The notes under the pieces were generated by a model, which was not told where the DNA came from, made no database searches, and saw only the letters and a list, made by a program, of their open reading frames with translations. The position numbers and the translations under genes were made by a program. Positions 8,519-17,537 of a DNA stretch of 57,621 nt are shown in pieces. The stretch is taken from NCBI GenBank assembly GCA_001000545.1, contig LCOC01000004.1, positions 1 through 57,621 on the forward strand, read 5' to 3'. This DNA comes from Parcubacteria group bacterium GW2011_GWA2_47_21 (lineage in GTDB: Bacteria; Patescibacteriota; Minisyncoccia; Phycocordibacterales; DSPV01). Positions within the stretch are counted from its first letter, which is position 1, and each line of letters starts with the position of its first letter.

Positions 8519-9044
8519 ACGCTTTATGTCCTTCCGATATAATCGGCTCCGTATCTCCGATTTCCCAGCCGACCTTGAGTTCTGGATCATCCCATCTGAT
8601 GCCCGTGCCAACGACATTTGAAAAAGCAGTGTCGGCAAAAGCAAGTACCGAAGTGCCGTCTTCCAAAGAAACACAGCCATGAGCAAAGCCCTTGACGACT
8701 GCGATGCCGTTGTTTTTATCTGCCGAGAGAATTGTGGAATCCCATATACCAAAAGTCGGGCTGTCCTTCCTTAAATCTAGAGTAATCCACTGCATCCGGC
8801 CGCTTAGGCCCACTACCAGCTTTCCTTCCATGGTTGGTGGCAGCGAGACATGAAGTCCCCGCATCGTGTTTTTCTTAGCTGATTTTAATAAGCTTGCTTG
8901 GACCATCTCCAAATTACCACTGAAGACCTTTTGTAACGTGTTTTTATCATAAAGCCGGCGGATGAATCCTCGCTGGTCTCTAAATTCTCCGGGGACCACT
9001 TCAAAAACACCATCTATTTTTTTGGGAATAAGTTGTATGTCCAT
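8469..9044 (-). CDS. dTDP-4-dehydrorhamnose 3,5-epimerase-like cupin (RmlC family)
   Basis: FRDQRGFIRRLY and MRGLHVS blocks, 191 aa, typical RmlC size and layout. Confidence 0.75.
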   Translation of the reverse strand: MDIQLIPKKIDGVFEVVPGEFRDQRGFIRRLYDKNTLQKVFSGNLEMVQASLLKSAKKNTMRGLHVSLPPTMEGKLVVGLSGRMQWITLDLRKDSPTFGIWDSTILSADKNNGIAVVKGFAHGCVSLEDGTSVLAFADTAFSNVVGTGIRWDDPELKVGWEIGDTEPIISEGHKAYGSFKEFKEKYGAVSI

Positions 9045-9061
9045 GCGCCTTATAATAGCTT

Positions 9062-9841
9062 TTACCGCATTATTTTTGCAAGTGCCATGAGCGCAAAGTG
9101 ACCGCGCATTGTTTTGAGGCGCTTCAGCGCCAAGATTTCAAAACCGCATTCCTTTAAAAGCCGCGTTAGTGTTTCCGGATCAAACATCCAGATTTTTTTG
9201 AGGATTGTTATCGGGTTCTCTAGATGTTCCAGCACGTATATAAGGGAAATAAAGGTAAATTTCTTCCTAAACTGTCCCGGTTGGTAAAAATTTTGTATCA
9301 GAGGAATATGTAGTTTCGTCTTTACGAAACTATTGTTTGTTGCCGGATCCGTGATATATGGTTTCCATAACTGGTCTTTGAATTCGTGAGCAAAAATCGC
9401 CGCGCCGCCACCGATGTCTAAGAAAGCGAAAGGCGCTTTAGGTCGTTTTGCTAAACTGTTGTCCCAAGCTTTGCCAATTGCGTTTTTGATCCATGCCACT
9501 CTTTGTTTGGTCTCGGATTTACGCTTGGGAAGCGCAATAATTTTTCGGAAAATTTCTTCAGCAGTTTCTTTTCGCCAGCTTGCCGCGTTGTCGCGATAGA
9601 CGGATTGGTAAATTCTGTTGATAAAATTTCTGGGGCGGGAATAGACTGAATAATAAAAGCTGCAATTAAGACACCTTACCCAGTGCCGAAAATATCCTCT
9701 CGCTTTGACCCCTATTGCATGTTCATAGCGGTCGGGTTCTTGATAGGAGAAAATCTTTATGAATCTTTTATCGCCGCAGAGAAGACAGGTGCTGTTTTTT
9801 TCAAATGTTTTTTGAGATTTCATTCGCCTAGCGTAGCGCAT
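9062..9841 (-). CDS. class I SAM-dependent methyltransferase with N-terminal Cys4 zinc ribbon
   Basis: CLLCGD...CLNCSF ribbon, FLDIGGGAAIF SAM motif I, YVLEHLENP. The region after motif III looks shorter than in the paralogous 16496..17488 enzyme. Confidence 0.6.
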   Translation of the reverse strand: MRYARRMKSQKTFEKNSTCLLCGDKRFIKIFSYQEPDRYEHAIGVKARGYFRHWVRCLNCSFYYSVYSRPRNFINRIYQSVYRDNAASWRKETAEEIFRKIIALPKRKSETKQRVAWIKNAIGKAWDNSLAKRPKAPFAFLDIGGGAAIFAHEFKDQLWKPYITDPATNNSFVKTKLHIPLIQNFYQPGQFRKKFTFISLIYVLEHLENPITILKKIWMFDPETLTRLLKECGFEILALKRLKTMRGHFALMALAKIMR

Positions 9842-9895
9842 TTTCGGTTAGAGTCAATTGTGCTAGGATGGCTAGGTAAAACTTTAATTATTGTT

Positions 9896-10780
9896 ATGGC
9901 AAGAGATACGACGGAACTGCCTTTTGTTTCTATCGGTTTTCCAACGAGGAATCGAGCGCACTGTTTGGAGCAGTCGCTCGGCTCGCTCTTAAAGCAGACC
10001 TACCGGAATATTGAGATTATCGTTTCTGATAATTGCTCGACCGACGATACGGAAGCGAAGGTGCGGACACTCGCCGCTCTAGATTTCCGGGTCTGCTACA
10101 TTAGGCAACAGAATAACATTGGTGGTATCGCCAACCATGAGTTTGTGCTAAAGCAAGCACACGGTAAATACTTTATGTGGGCTTCTGATGATGATTATTG
10201 GATGCCGGATTTTGTTGAGAAACTCGTCTTTTTGCTGGAAGCCAACAAACAATACGATGTGGCTATGAGTCATTACTACATCCGTTTTCTAAAAGATGGA
10301 ACGGAAGTCGGCCGGGAATTAAGAAAACATGACTTTACATGGATGTCGCACCAGGAACTTTTTCGTTACCATTTTCGAGGCCGCAAAACCCCGATACTTT
10401 TTTTTGGACTATATCGGACGGAATTTTTGAAAGCCATACTCGCCCGCCCGACGCCTATTTCTTATCAAGGCCCCCACCTTTTTTTATGTGAAGTATCGCT
10501 CTCCGGCCGGGCCATGTCGCTATCAGAGCCACTCCATGTGAGGACCCAGAACACAAGTTCGCGAATTGCTCGCCACCCGACTCACCCTTTCGCTCTGGCG
10601 GAGCAAAAAACTTTTGCCATGACGCATCATATGATTAAGTCCTTTTTTTGGCTCCTGGCTTCCCCGGTCATTCCTTTTTCTCGGAAAATTTTAATTTTTC
10701 AACCGTGGTTCGCGCGATTATGGAAGAAAAAGAAAAAGTTTCTTTCTGAGTTTAAAAAGTTTTTGCGGCAGTTGTTTTAA
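9896..10780 (+). CDS. family-2 glycosyltransferase
   Basis: VSIGFPTRNRAHCLEQSLGSLLKQTY, IIVSDNCSTDDT and WASDDD motifs. Start trimmed to ATG 9896 (MARDTT). Confidence 0.8.
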   Translation: MARDTTELPFVSIGFPTRNRAHCLEQSLGSLLKQTYRNIEIIVSDNCSTDDTEAKVRTLAALDFRVCYIRQQNNIGGIANHEFVLKQAHGKYFMWASDDDYWMPDFVEKLVFLLEANKQYDVAMSHYYIRFLKDGTEVGRELRKHDFTWMSHQELFRYHFRGRKTPILFFGLYRTEFLKAILARPTPISYQGPHLFLCEVSLSGRAMSLSEPLHVRTQNTSSRIARHPTHPFALAEQKTFAMTHHMIKSFFWLLASPVIPFSRKILIFQPWFARLWKKKKKFLSEFKKFLRQLF

Positions 10781-10803
10781 TTGCGACATATTTTGTACGG
10801 AAG

Positions 10804-11460
10804 TTATGTGATTTTCTCTAATATGCAGTAATTTTTCCATGAACCTCCCGGTCGAAAATATTGGTCAAGGTATTTAAGGTAAAGTGCCAAAGCTACCTTC
10901 CGATTATCTACAAAAACAATGCCACCCAATTTGATGTGAGAGATAAGATTGAATAAATCGCCGTTTGGGTGATGATTCATTTGACCATTCTCCCAAAAAC
11001 TGCCCGGGCCATCTACTAATACGAAATCAAATGGACCTCGTTCCACAGGCAGATTTTTATACCCGGAGATTCTTTCGCCTTGCTTTAAAATAGGCGAAGT
11101 GAAAGTACAGGGCTCACTTAGATGAAAACTTATTTTTTGCTGGAGGTTATCAGGAATCAATTTTTTCGCGATTTCCAAACATTCTTTTTTCTGCTCAATG
11201 GTTGTCACTTTACCACTATCTTCCACTGCCAAAGCCATAATTGCCGCCGCGGCGCCGATGCCGGTGCCAAGCTCTAAAGCATTTTTGGCATCGCGGACCT
11301 TAATGAGGTGGTATATTTTCTTTGCCTCCTTCCAACCGATAATCCACCCACCTTCGGGTGATTTAGCGAATATATCATATATTTCTTTTAGTTTCCTTTC
11401 ACTAGGATTAAACCCAGTCAGTTTGTTTTTTATTTTTTTTAAAACTCTTAGGAGAGGCAT
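10804..11460 (-). CDS. class I SAM-dependent (O-)methyltransferase
   Basis: ALELGTGIGAAAAIMA (motif I), VTTIEQKKE, FDFVLVDGP. Layout resembles catechol-O-methyltransferase-type enzymes. Confidence 0.65.
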   Translation of the reverse strand: MPLLRVLKKIKNKLTGFNPSERKLKEIYDIFAKSPEGGWIIGWKEAKKIYHLIKVRDAKNALELGTGIGAAAAIMALAVEDSGKVTTIEQKKECLEIAKKLIPDNLQQKISFHLSEPCTFTSPILKQGERISGYKNLPVERGPFDFVLVDGPGSFWENGQMNHHPNGDLFNLISHIKLGGIVFVDNRKVALALYLKYLDQYFRPGGSWKNYCILEKIT

Positions 11461-11548
11461 AGTCGGTATTTTATCTTACCGGCAAAGTTGTTACAAACTT
11501 CGAAAACACTATGTTATATTGGATACTAAGGGTAATAATAAATTAGCA

Positions 11549-12958
11549 ATGACTGAAGGGGTTAAAACTCTGTTTATGACCGTGCCGTCGGCCGCCGCCA
11601 GACGGTACCTTTTTCAATTTCCTAATTGCGTTTCTCATCAATTGCAAAAACTGGCGCAAACCCGCTCTGATTTAAGAATTGTTTTTTTGGTTGTAAAAAA
11701 GGATTACGATAGGTATAAGCCATTTCTAACTTTGTTTCCGAGCGAACGAGTCACTGTTGAACCGATTGAAATTAGCTACGAACGCACTCTAGTTCAAAAA
11801 CTATTCCGTTTTTTTTACTCATATCTTCTTTATACCAACACAACAAAAATTCTCGCCACTATGGGTATGCGTCCGGACGAGCCGCCAGCTGGCGGCAATC
11901 GTTTTTTGGCACCCGTAAAATGGCTTCTTGCGAACACCTTTGGGCGTTCTATATTCATCCGCAAAAAACTGGCGCCTTGGTTGTACTTTAAAATCAACCC
12001 GGAGCGACCGTTTGCCGAAGCGTTTGAAAAATACCAGCCGGATGTCGTGTTTCTTTCAAGTATTTACGACCGGTTTGATTCCCGTTTGATTCCAGAGGCC
12101 AAGCGTCGTAGCGTAAAAACAATTGCCATGCAGGCGAGCTGGGACCACATTGATAAATACTACATGCCGTTTCAAGCCGACATTTTCATAGCCCACAGCG
12201 AACAAATCAGAAGGGCAGCGATAAAATTTCAGAGCTATAAGCCGGAATCAGCGGTTGTTACCGGTTACCCGCACTTTGATTATTTTACGAGTTCGGAATC
12301 GCTTGTCCCCAGGGAGAAAGTTCTGGCGGAGCTTGGGCTTTCGAATGACGCTCGTTATATTCTTTACGTCTCCGGCAGTTCCTATTGCCCCGATGAGCCG
12401 GATATCATTGACACTATGCTTAAGTGGGTTTCGGAAAATAAATTCGGCGAGGATATTTACATAATTCTTCGGCCGTACCTTGGTTCGCGCAGCAAAGACA
12501 GGGATTTTGACGTCTGGCGTTACAAGGAACTAAAAAGTCACCCTCGGCTTCGGGTGTTTGAAAAAAGGGGACTGGAGGACTTTAACGACACAGCGATGTT
12601 TATAAACATCATGCGACACTCAAGTATCGTTATGTCGGTTTATAGTACGGTGGTTCTGGAATCTGTAGTGTTTGATCGGCCACTTTTAACTGCTCCTTTT
12701 GACGGCTATAAAAAAAGACCTTTTTACCGCTCTATTAAAAGATTTGAGGGTTTTGAACATTTTCAGGACGTGATTAAAAGCGGTGGGCTTCGACGCGCTT
12801 TTAATTTCGGCGAACTTAAAGAGGCGATTCGCGCTTATCTTGAAAACCCCCAACTTGATAGAGAGGGAAGAGAGAGAATGCGCAAGGAGCTTTGTTATAA
12901 GCTTGACGGCAGGTCGAGTGAGAGGATGGTGGAAGTTATTTTAAGAGAATTATTTTAA
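11549..12958 (+). CDS. GT-B-like putative glycosyl/glycerophospho-transferase, SWD-motif family, paralog 1
   Basis: MQASWDHIDK, VTGYPHFDYF, IILRPYLG, VYSTVVLESVVFDRPLL and the C-terminal LENPQLDREGRERMRKELCYKLDGRSSERM. Start trimmed to ATG 11549. Confidence 0.55.
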   Translation: MTEGVKTLFMTVPSAAARRYLFQFPNCVSHQLQKLAQTRSDLRIVFLVVKKDYDRYKPFLTLFPSERVTVEPIEISYERTLVQKLFRFFYSYLLYTNTTKILATMGMRPDEPPAGGNRFLAPVKWLLANTFGRSIFIRKKLAPWLYFKINPERPFAEAFEKYQPDVVFLSSIYDRFDSRLIPEAKRRSVKTIAMQASWDHIDKYYMPFQADIFIAHSEQIRRAAIKFQSYKPESAVVTGYPHFDYFTSSESLVPREKVLAELGLSNDARYILYVSGSSYCPDEPDIIDTMLKWVSENKFGEDIYIILRPYLGSRSKDRDFDVWRYKELKSHPRLRVFEKRGLEDFNDTAMFINIMRHSSIVMSVYSTVVLESVVFDRPLLTAPFDGYKKRPFYRSIKRFEGFEHFQDVIKSGGLRRAFNFGELKEAIRAYLENPQLDREGRERMRKELCYKLDGRSSERMVEVILRELF

Positions 12959-12990
12959 TTAACCTAAAAGGATCCCAATGAAAATAAGCC

Positions 12991-13097
12991 CCAAACTCTA
13001 AATTCTAATCAAGTTCAAATTTCCAAAATCAAAACTCAAATTTAATCTTTGAACTTTGATTTTTTAGTTTGATTAGAGTTTAGATATTAGAGTTTGG
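12991..13097. repeat. long imperfect palindrome built from ccaaa/tttgg words
   Basis: ccaaactctaaattctaatcaag... on the left and ...ttgattagagtttagatattagagtttgg on the right are imperfect reverse complements. It sits in the 194-nt spacer upstream of paralog 2. Confidence 0.65.
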
Positions 13098-13152
13098 AAT
13101 TTGCGATTTGGAACTTTTTTAGAAATTAGGATTGAAAGTTAATTATTGTGCC

Positions 13153-14517
13153 ATGTCTCCTCAAAAGACGTTATTTATTGTTTGCTTTCACCCATTAGTG
13201 TCCCGAAATATTTTATCGGCGCCGTTTTTTGAGTTGCTGAAAAAAAATTCCGGACTCAAAATTGTGCTTATCGTACACGAGAAGAAAAAGGATTTTTTTG
13301 ACAAAAATTACGGCGGGGGCAATGTAGTCGTCGAGGGAGTCAAGAGGAATTTAAATGAACTGGATTATTTGTTCAAAGATTTAGCGGCCGCGGCAATTCG
13401 GACTCGTTCCCGCAAACTTATCAGGAAAATGAGATTGGGGCATGAGCGCTGGAATGCCTACAAAATTTTTTTCTGGGCGCCCTTGATTCGCCCCTTAATT
13501 CCGAAATTGTTTTCCTTAATTGTGCCAAGGAATCGCTACGCCTTTTTATTTGAAAAATACACACCGGCGCTTCTTTTGACAACCGATGTGTTCAATCCGA
13601 TGGATGTTATTCTTGCCCACGAAGCCAAACATAGAGGTGTTAAGGTTTTAGGCATGGTTCGTTCTTGGGACAACTTAACGGCCAAAGGAGGATTTCGGGT
13701 GGTTCCCGACGAGCTTATTGTCAATAATGAAATTATAAAACAGGACGCGATAAAAATTCATGGCGTGTCTGATAGGGTTATTAAAATCGTGGGCATTCCT
13801 CACTACGACAAATATTTAGACGGTTCGCCTCTAACGAGAGAAGAATTGTATAAACGTCTGGGGATTGGTTTAGACCGGAAGTTTATTGTCTATGCCCCGG
13901 TAGGGAATCGCTTTTTTACTCGTAATACTTTTGACCGTGAGATGGTTCTTATAATACGGGAGATGTTGCCTGACGGGTTTCATTTGATTGTTCGCTGTCC
14001 GCCCGGCGACCCGGTGGATTTGGAGGGGGTATCAAAAGACCCTCGGATTATCATAGACCAACCGGGAACGAGATTTTCCGGAAGCGGCGAGAGGCAAATG
14101 GATACGGAAATGTCGCCAGCCGACGATGATTGGCTGGTTTCGGTTCTCTATCACTCGGAATTACTTATTTCCGGTTTTACGACCCTAACCGTTGATGCCG
14201 CTCGTTTTAATAAACCTGTAATCGTGGTTGGCTTTGACGCAAAAACACCTCTGCCTTATAGGGAAAGCGTCAAGCGCCATCTTGAATTTGAGCATTTCCA
14301 GCCGATTCTTAAAAGTGGGGGAGTCAGAATCGCGCACAGCGAAACGGAGCTAAAAAATTTATTTGCTCTGTATCTTAGGAATCCGGAGACCGACGGGGAG
14401 AAACGAAAAGCCATGGTGATGAAGCAGGCCTATAAATTGGATGGCAAAGGAAGCGAACGTTTGCTAGAGTGTATAGTTACCGCGTTAGAAATTAACAGTA
14501 ATCGGTCGGATGTGTAA
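13153..14517 (+). CDS. GT-B-like putative glycosyl/glycerophospho-transferase, SWD-motif family, paralog 2
   Basis: MVRSWDNLTAKG, VGIPHYDKY, LIVRCPPGDP, GFTTLTVDAARFNKPVIVVGFD, LRNPETDGEKRKAMVMKQAYKLDGKGSERL. ATG 13153 preferred over TTG 13132. Confidence 0.55.
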   Translation: MSPQKTLFIVCFHPLVSRNILSAPFFELLKKNSGLKIVLIVHEKKKDFFDKNYGGGNVVVEGVKRNLNELDYLFKDLAAAAIRTRSRKLIRKMRLGHERWNAYKIFFWAPLIRPLIPKLFSLIVPRNRYAFLFEKYTPALLLTTDVFNPMDVILAHEAKHRGVKVLGMVRSWDNLTAKGGFRVVPDELIVNNEIIKQDAIKIHGVSDRVIKIVGIPHYDKYLDGSPLTREELYKRLGIGLDRKFIVYAPVGNRFFTRNTFDREMVLIIREMLPDGFHLIVRCPPGDPVDLEGVSKDPRIIIDQPGTRFSGSGERQMDTEMSPADDDWLVSVLYHSELLISGFTTLTVDAARFNKPVIVVGFDAKTPLPYRESVKRHLEFEHFQPILKSGGVRIAHSETELKNLFALYLRNPETDGEKRKAMVMKQAYKLDGKGSERLLECIVTALEINSNRSDV

Positions 14518-14553
14518 TTTTTTAATTTATCTAAATTGACCTAATTTCTAAAT

Positions 14554-14685
14554 AAATTCCAAATTACAAATTACAAACAATACCAAAATCTAAATTTCAA
14601 AATCCCAAACTAGAAATTTTGTTTTGAATTTGTAATTTTGGTCATTGAATATTGTTTGGTATTTGGTGCTTGTAATTTGGAATTT
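14554..14685. repeat. long imperfect palindrome built from ccaaatt/aatttgg words
   Basis: aaattccaaattacaaattacaaacaataccaaaa... pairs imperfectly with ...tgtttggtatttggtgcttgtaatttggaattt. It shares attgacctaa and ttccaaatt words with the 47584..47739 spacer. Confidence 0.65.
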
Positions 14686-14691
14686 TATATC

Positions 14692-16503
14692 ATGAGTATT
14701 AAACAACCAATCATTTTAGGTCTAAAAGTAACCAACCACGATACGGGGGCGGCTTTGATTGCCGGTGGAAAAATCGTGGCGATTGCCGAGGAACGGCTTT
14801 GCCGGGTTAAGCATTCCCGGAATATTTTTCCCGCTTTATCAATAGATTATTGCCTTGGCGCTTTGGAAGTTAAGCCGGATGAAGTTGAGCTTCTGGTGAT
14901 TGACCAAGTGCGGTATCGGACCCAGGAATCCTCACTGCAAATTTTAAGGAATCAGGTTGGGAACCGCTTTAAAAACGCCAAGGTGCATGTTATCAATCAT
15001 CACGACGCTCACGCCGCCGCGGCTTTTTTCTGTTCCCCGTTTGCTTCCGCCGCGGTGCTTATTGTTGATGGGGCGGGTGAAAGCGTGCGCGATCATTTGG
15101 GGGTATTAGGGACGGAAACAGAGACGCTCTATCGCGGTTTCGGCAATAAGATTCAGGAAATTCAGAAAACCACCCACATTCGCGGCATGCTCGGTTTTCC
15201 GTCCACGATCGGTATTGGGAAACTTTACTCGTTTATTTCCAACGGTTATCTGAATTTTGGCGATTACAATGAAGGCAAGATGATGGGGCTCGCGCCGTAC
15301 GGCACGGACGAGATTCTGAAAAAATACCCATTTGAAAATTGGTTTAAGGAAGTCGGCAATCATATTGTTTGCAACCCGCGAATTATTTTTCCCGGCATTG
15401 AGCAGGTTAAAGGGGTGCGCCAAAAATTACACTGGCGCGGGCAACTGCTTTGGCTTTGGACTAAGGTCTGGAGCGCCGTTGGGTACTTCGCTTTTGAAAG
15501 GGCCGCTCGTTCGCGCGCGCCTCTTATCACCAAACAAAATTTTTTCTCCGACGTTATTTTGAAAGAGCGCCGGCGAGGGAAAAAAGACCAGTTGCCGCAA
15601 GATTATTACTCGGCAGCGGCCCACGCCGTTCAGAAAGTACTGGAGGAGGTAATGGTTGCCTGGGGTAAAAAAATCAAAGCAGTGACTAATGAGAATAATC
15701 TTTGTGTTTCTGGCGGGGTGGGACTCAACATTGACGCCAACAAACGTTTTCTTGACGATGTCGGCTTCAAAGAGCTCTTCATCCAGCCCGCCGCGTCTGA
15801 TACCGGTATCGCCCTCGGCTGTGCCCTTTGGGGCGCTCATATGATACTGGGACTGCCCAGATTTTATGAAATGAAATCAGCGGCGCTTGGCCGTTCTTAC
15901 ACAGAAGAAGAAATAAAGTCGGCTTTGGAGAAAGAATCATCCAGAATTAATTTTCGTAAATCGGCCGATGTTGCTACCGATACAGCAAAACTTATCGCTC
16001 AAGGTAATATCATAGGCTGGTTTCAAGGTGGGGCTGAATACGGGCCAAGGGCTTTAGGCAACCGCTCAATTATTTGCGATGCTAGAAATCCTAAAATGAA
16101 AGATATTGTTAATGAGAAAGTGAAACACCGCGAGAGCTGGCGGCCGTTTGCGGCATCTATTCTCTCCGAACGGCAGCGCGAGTGGTTTGAGCTTGATTAT
16201 CCAAGTCCTTTCATGCTTCTGGCGGCAAAAGTGCCGAAAGAGAAGAAAGAACTCATTCCTTCTGTTGTTCATGTGGACGGCACTTGTCGAATTCAGGCGG
16301 TAACGCCCGAATCCAACCGCCCATACTATGATTTACTCAAGGCCTTTGAGAAAGAAACCGGTGTGCCCCTTTTCTTAAACACTTCCTTCAACGACGCCGG
16401 CGAACCAATAGTTGAAACGCCAGAAGACGCTCTTCGTTGTTTTCTTAATACGAAGATTGATTATTTAGTTATGCACGACTACGTTATCTCCAAGCATGGA
16501 TAA
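14692..16503 (+). CDS. carbamoyltransferase, NodU/CmcH family
   Basis: ILGLKVTNHDTGAALI, VINHHDAHAAAAF, YGPRALGNRSI and VHVDGTCRIQ are family hallmarks. Start trimmed to ATG 14692. Confidence 0.9.
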   Translation: MSIKQPIILGLKVTNHDTGAALIAGGKIVAIAEERLCRVKHSRNIFPALSIDYCLGALEVKPDEVELLVIDQVRYRTQESSLQILRNQVGNRFKNAKVHVINHHDAHAAAAFFCSPFASAAVLIVDGAGESVRDHLGVLGTETETLYRGFGNKIQEIQKTTHIRGMLGFPSTIGIGKLYSFISNGYLNFGDYNEGKMMGLAPYGTDEILKKYPFENWFKEVGNHIVCNPRIIFPGIEQVKGVRQKLHWRGQLLWLWTKVWSAVGYFAFERAARSRAPLITKQNFFSDVILKERRRGKKDQLPQDYYSAAAHAVQKVLEEVMVAWGKKIKAVTNENNLCVSGGVGLNIDANKRFLDDVGFKELFIQPAASDTGIALGCALWGAHMILGLPRFYEMKSAALGRSYTEEEIKSALEKESSRINFRKSADVATDTAKLIAQGNIIGWFQGGAEYGPRALGNRSIICDARNPKMKDIVNEKVKHRESWRPFAASILSERQREWFELDYPSPFMLLAAKVPKEKKELIPSVVHVDGTCRIQAVTPESNRPYYDLLKAFEKETGVPLFLNTSFNDAGEPIVETPEDALRCFLNTKIDYLVMHDYVISKHG

Positions 16504-17488
16504 AGCCAGTAATAGAGCCTCTCAAGCGAACGAATTTTCTGAAATAAGTTTTGAGCCGCTATCGCGTTGTGAGCTTTGCCAATCAAGTTCATTTCGGTCC
16601 ATCGGGAGCTATGACTTGAAAGGTATTGTGCTCCGTTACACTTTATGCGAACAGTGCGGTTTTGTGCAGATGAATCCGGTTACCAGTGAGGCAAGTATGA
16701 ACCTTTTCTATCAAAAGGAGTATTGGCGCAATATCTCCAAGGGATCTTTGGGAAGGGTGCAACGGAAACAAATTTATCGGGCGAGGCAAATCATAAACTT
16801 TACAACCGAACGTTTAAAAAAAATGGATTCAGATGTAGTAAGAGTGCTAGAGATTGGTTCTAGTTTTGGCAATACTTTAGAGATGGTCGGCGGGGTGATT
16901 TCTTCGCTCGGGAAAAAGACCGTATTATACGGAATTGAACCGAACGAAGCGATAGCCAAAGACGGTGTTTCTGTTTATAAGCAAATTAAGTTAATCGGGA
17001 GAAGTTATCGCGACTTAGATAAGATTCATGAAATATATGATTTTATTATCTTGAGTCATGTTTTGGAACATTTAAGAGATCCTGTCGGGGTTCTGCGATT
17101 AATAAGAGAAAAACTAGCATCAGCCGGGTTCATGTATATCGAGGTACCGAATTTTTACGGTCATCAATCTTATCATATATACCATGTCAGCTGTTTTACA
17201 CCGATATCTCTGAAGTCGGCATTGGCCAACGCCGACTTATCGGGAGAAGTGTTTGCCTACGGAGGAAATCGGCAATTTCCAAAATTCATCGGTGTTATAG
17301 CCTATAAACAACAAGGTAAAGGATCAGTAGGGCAGTACTCAGTCGCTGTTGCAAAGGGCAGCGGAGATCCTAGACAGGTTATTGAAAGACGAGCCGCATT
17401 CGAGAGGTATTTAGCCTCGAAAAGGAAAACCAATTTCCTTTCCCGCATATTTAGGAAATTCGGCGGAAAGTTCTTGCCAAAATTTTGA
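16496..17488 (+). CDS. class I SAM-dependent methyltransferase with N-terminal Cys4 zinc ribbon
   Basis: CELCQSS...CEQCGF ribbon, VLEIGSSFGN, ILSHVLEHLRDP. The start overlaps the carbamoyltransferase stop by 8 nt. Confidence 0.7.
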   Translation: MDKASNRASQANEFSEISFEPLSRCELCQSSSFRSIGSYDLKGIVLRYTLCEQCGFVQMNPVTSEASMNLFYQKEYWRNISKGSLGRVQRKQIYRARQIINFTTERLKKMDSDVVRVLEIGSSFGNTLEMVGGVISSLGKKTVLYGIEPNEAIAKDGVSVYKQIKLIGRSYRDLDKIHEIYDFIILSHVLEHLRDPVGVLRLIREKLASAGFMYIEVPNFYGHQSYHIYHVSCFTPISLKSALANADLSGEVFAYGGNRQFPKFIGVIAYKQQGKGSVGQYSVAVAKGSGDPRQVIERRAAFERYLASKRKTNFLSRIFRKFGGKFLPKF

Positions 17489-17537
17489 GCTCGGATTATT
17501 GAAAGATAAATCTCTGCTTTAAGTACCGGTGAAAATG

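Noticed and set aside
7721-8752. Long N-terminal extensions proposed by the ORF track (7721..8752, 9683..10780, 11198..12958, 14638..16503, 20811..22271, 26214..27635, 4508..5482, 47740..49014, 52794..54263).
   Set aside because: The extensions overlap neighbouring genes or spacer palindromes. The conserved N-terminal motifs begin at internal ATGs, so the starts were trimmed accordingly.
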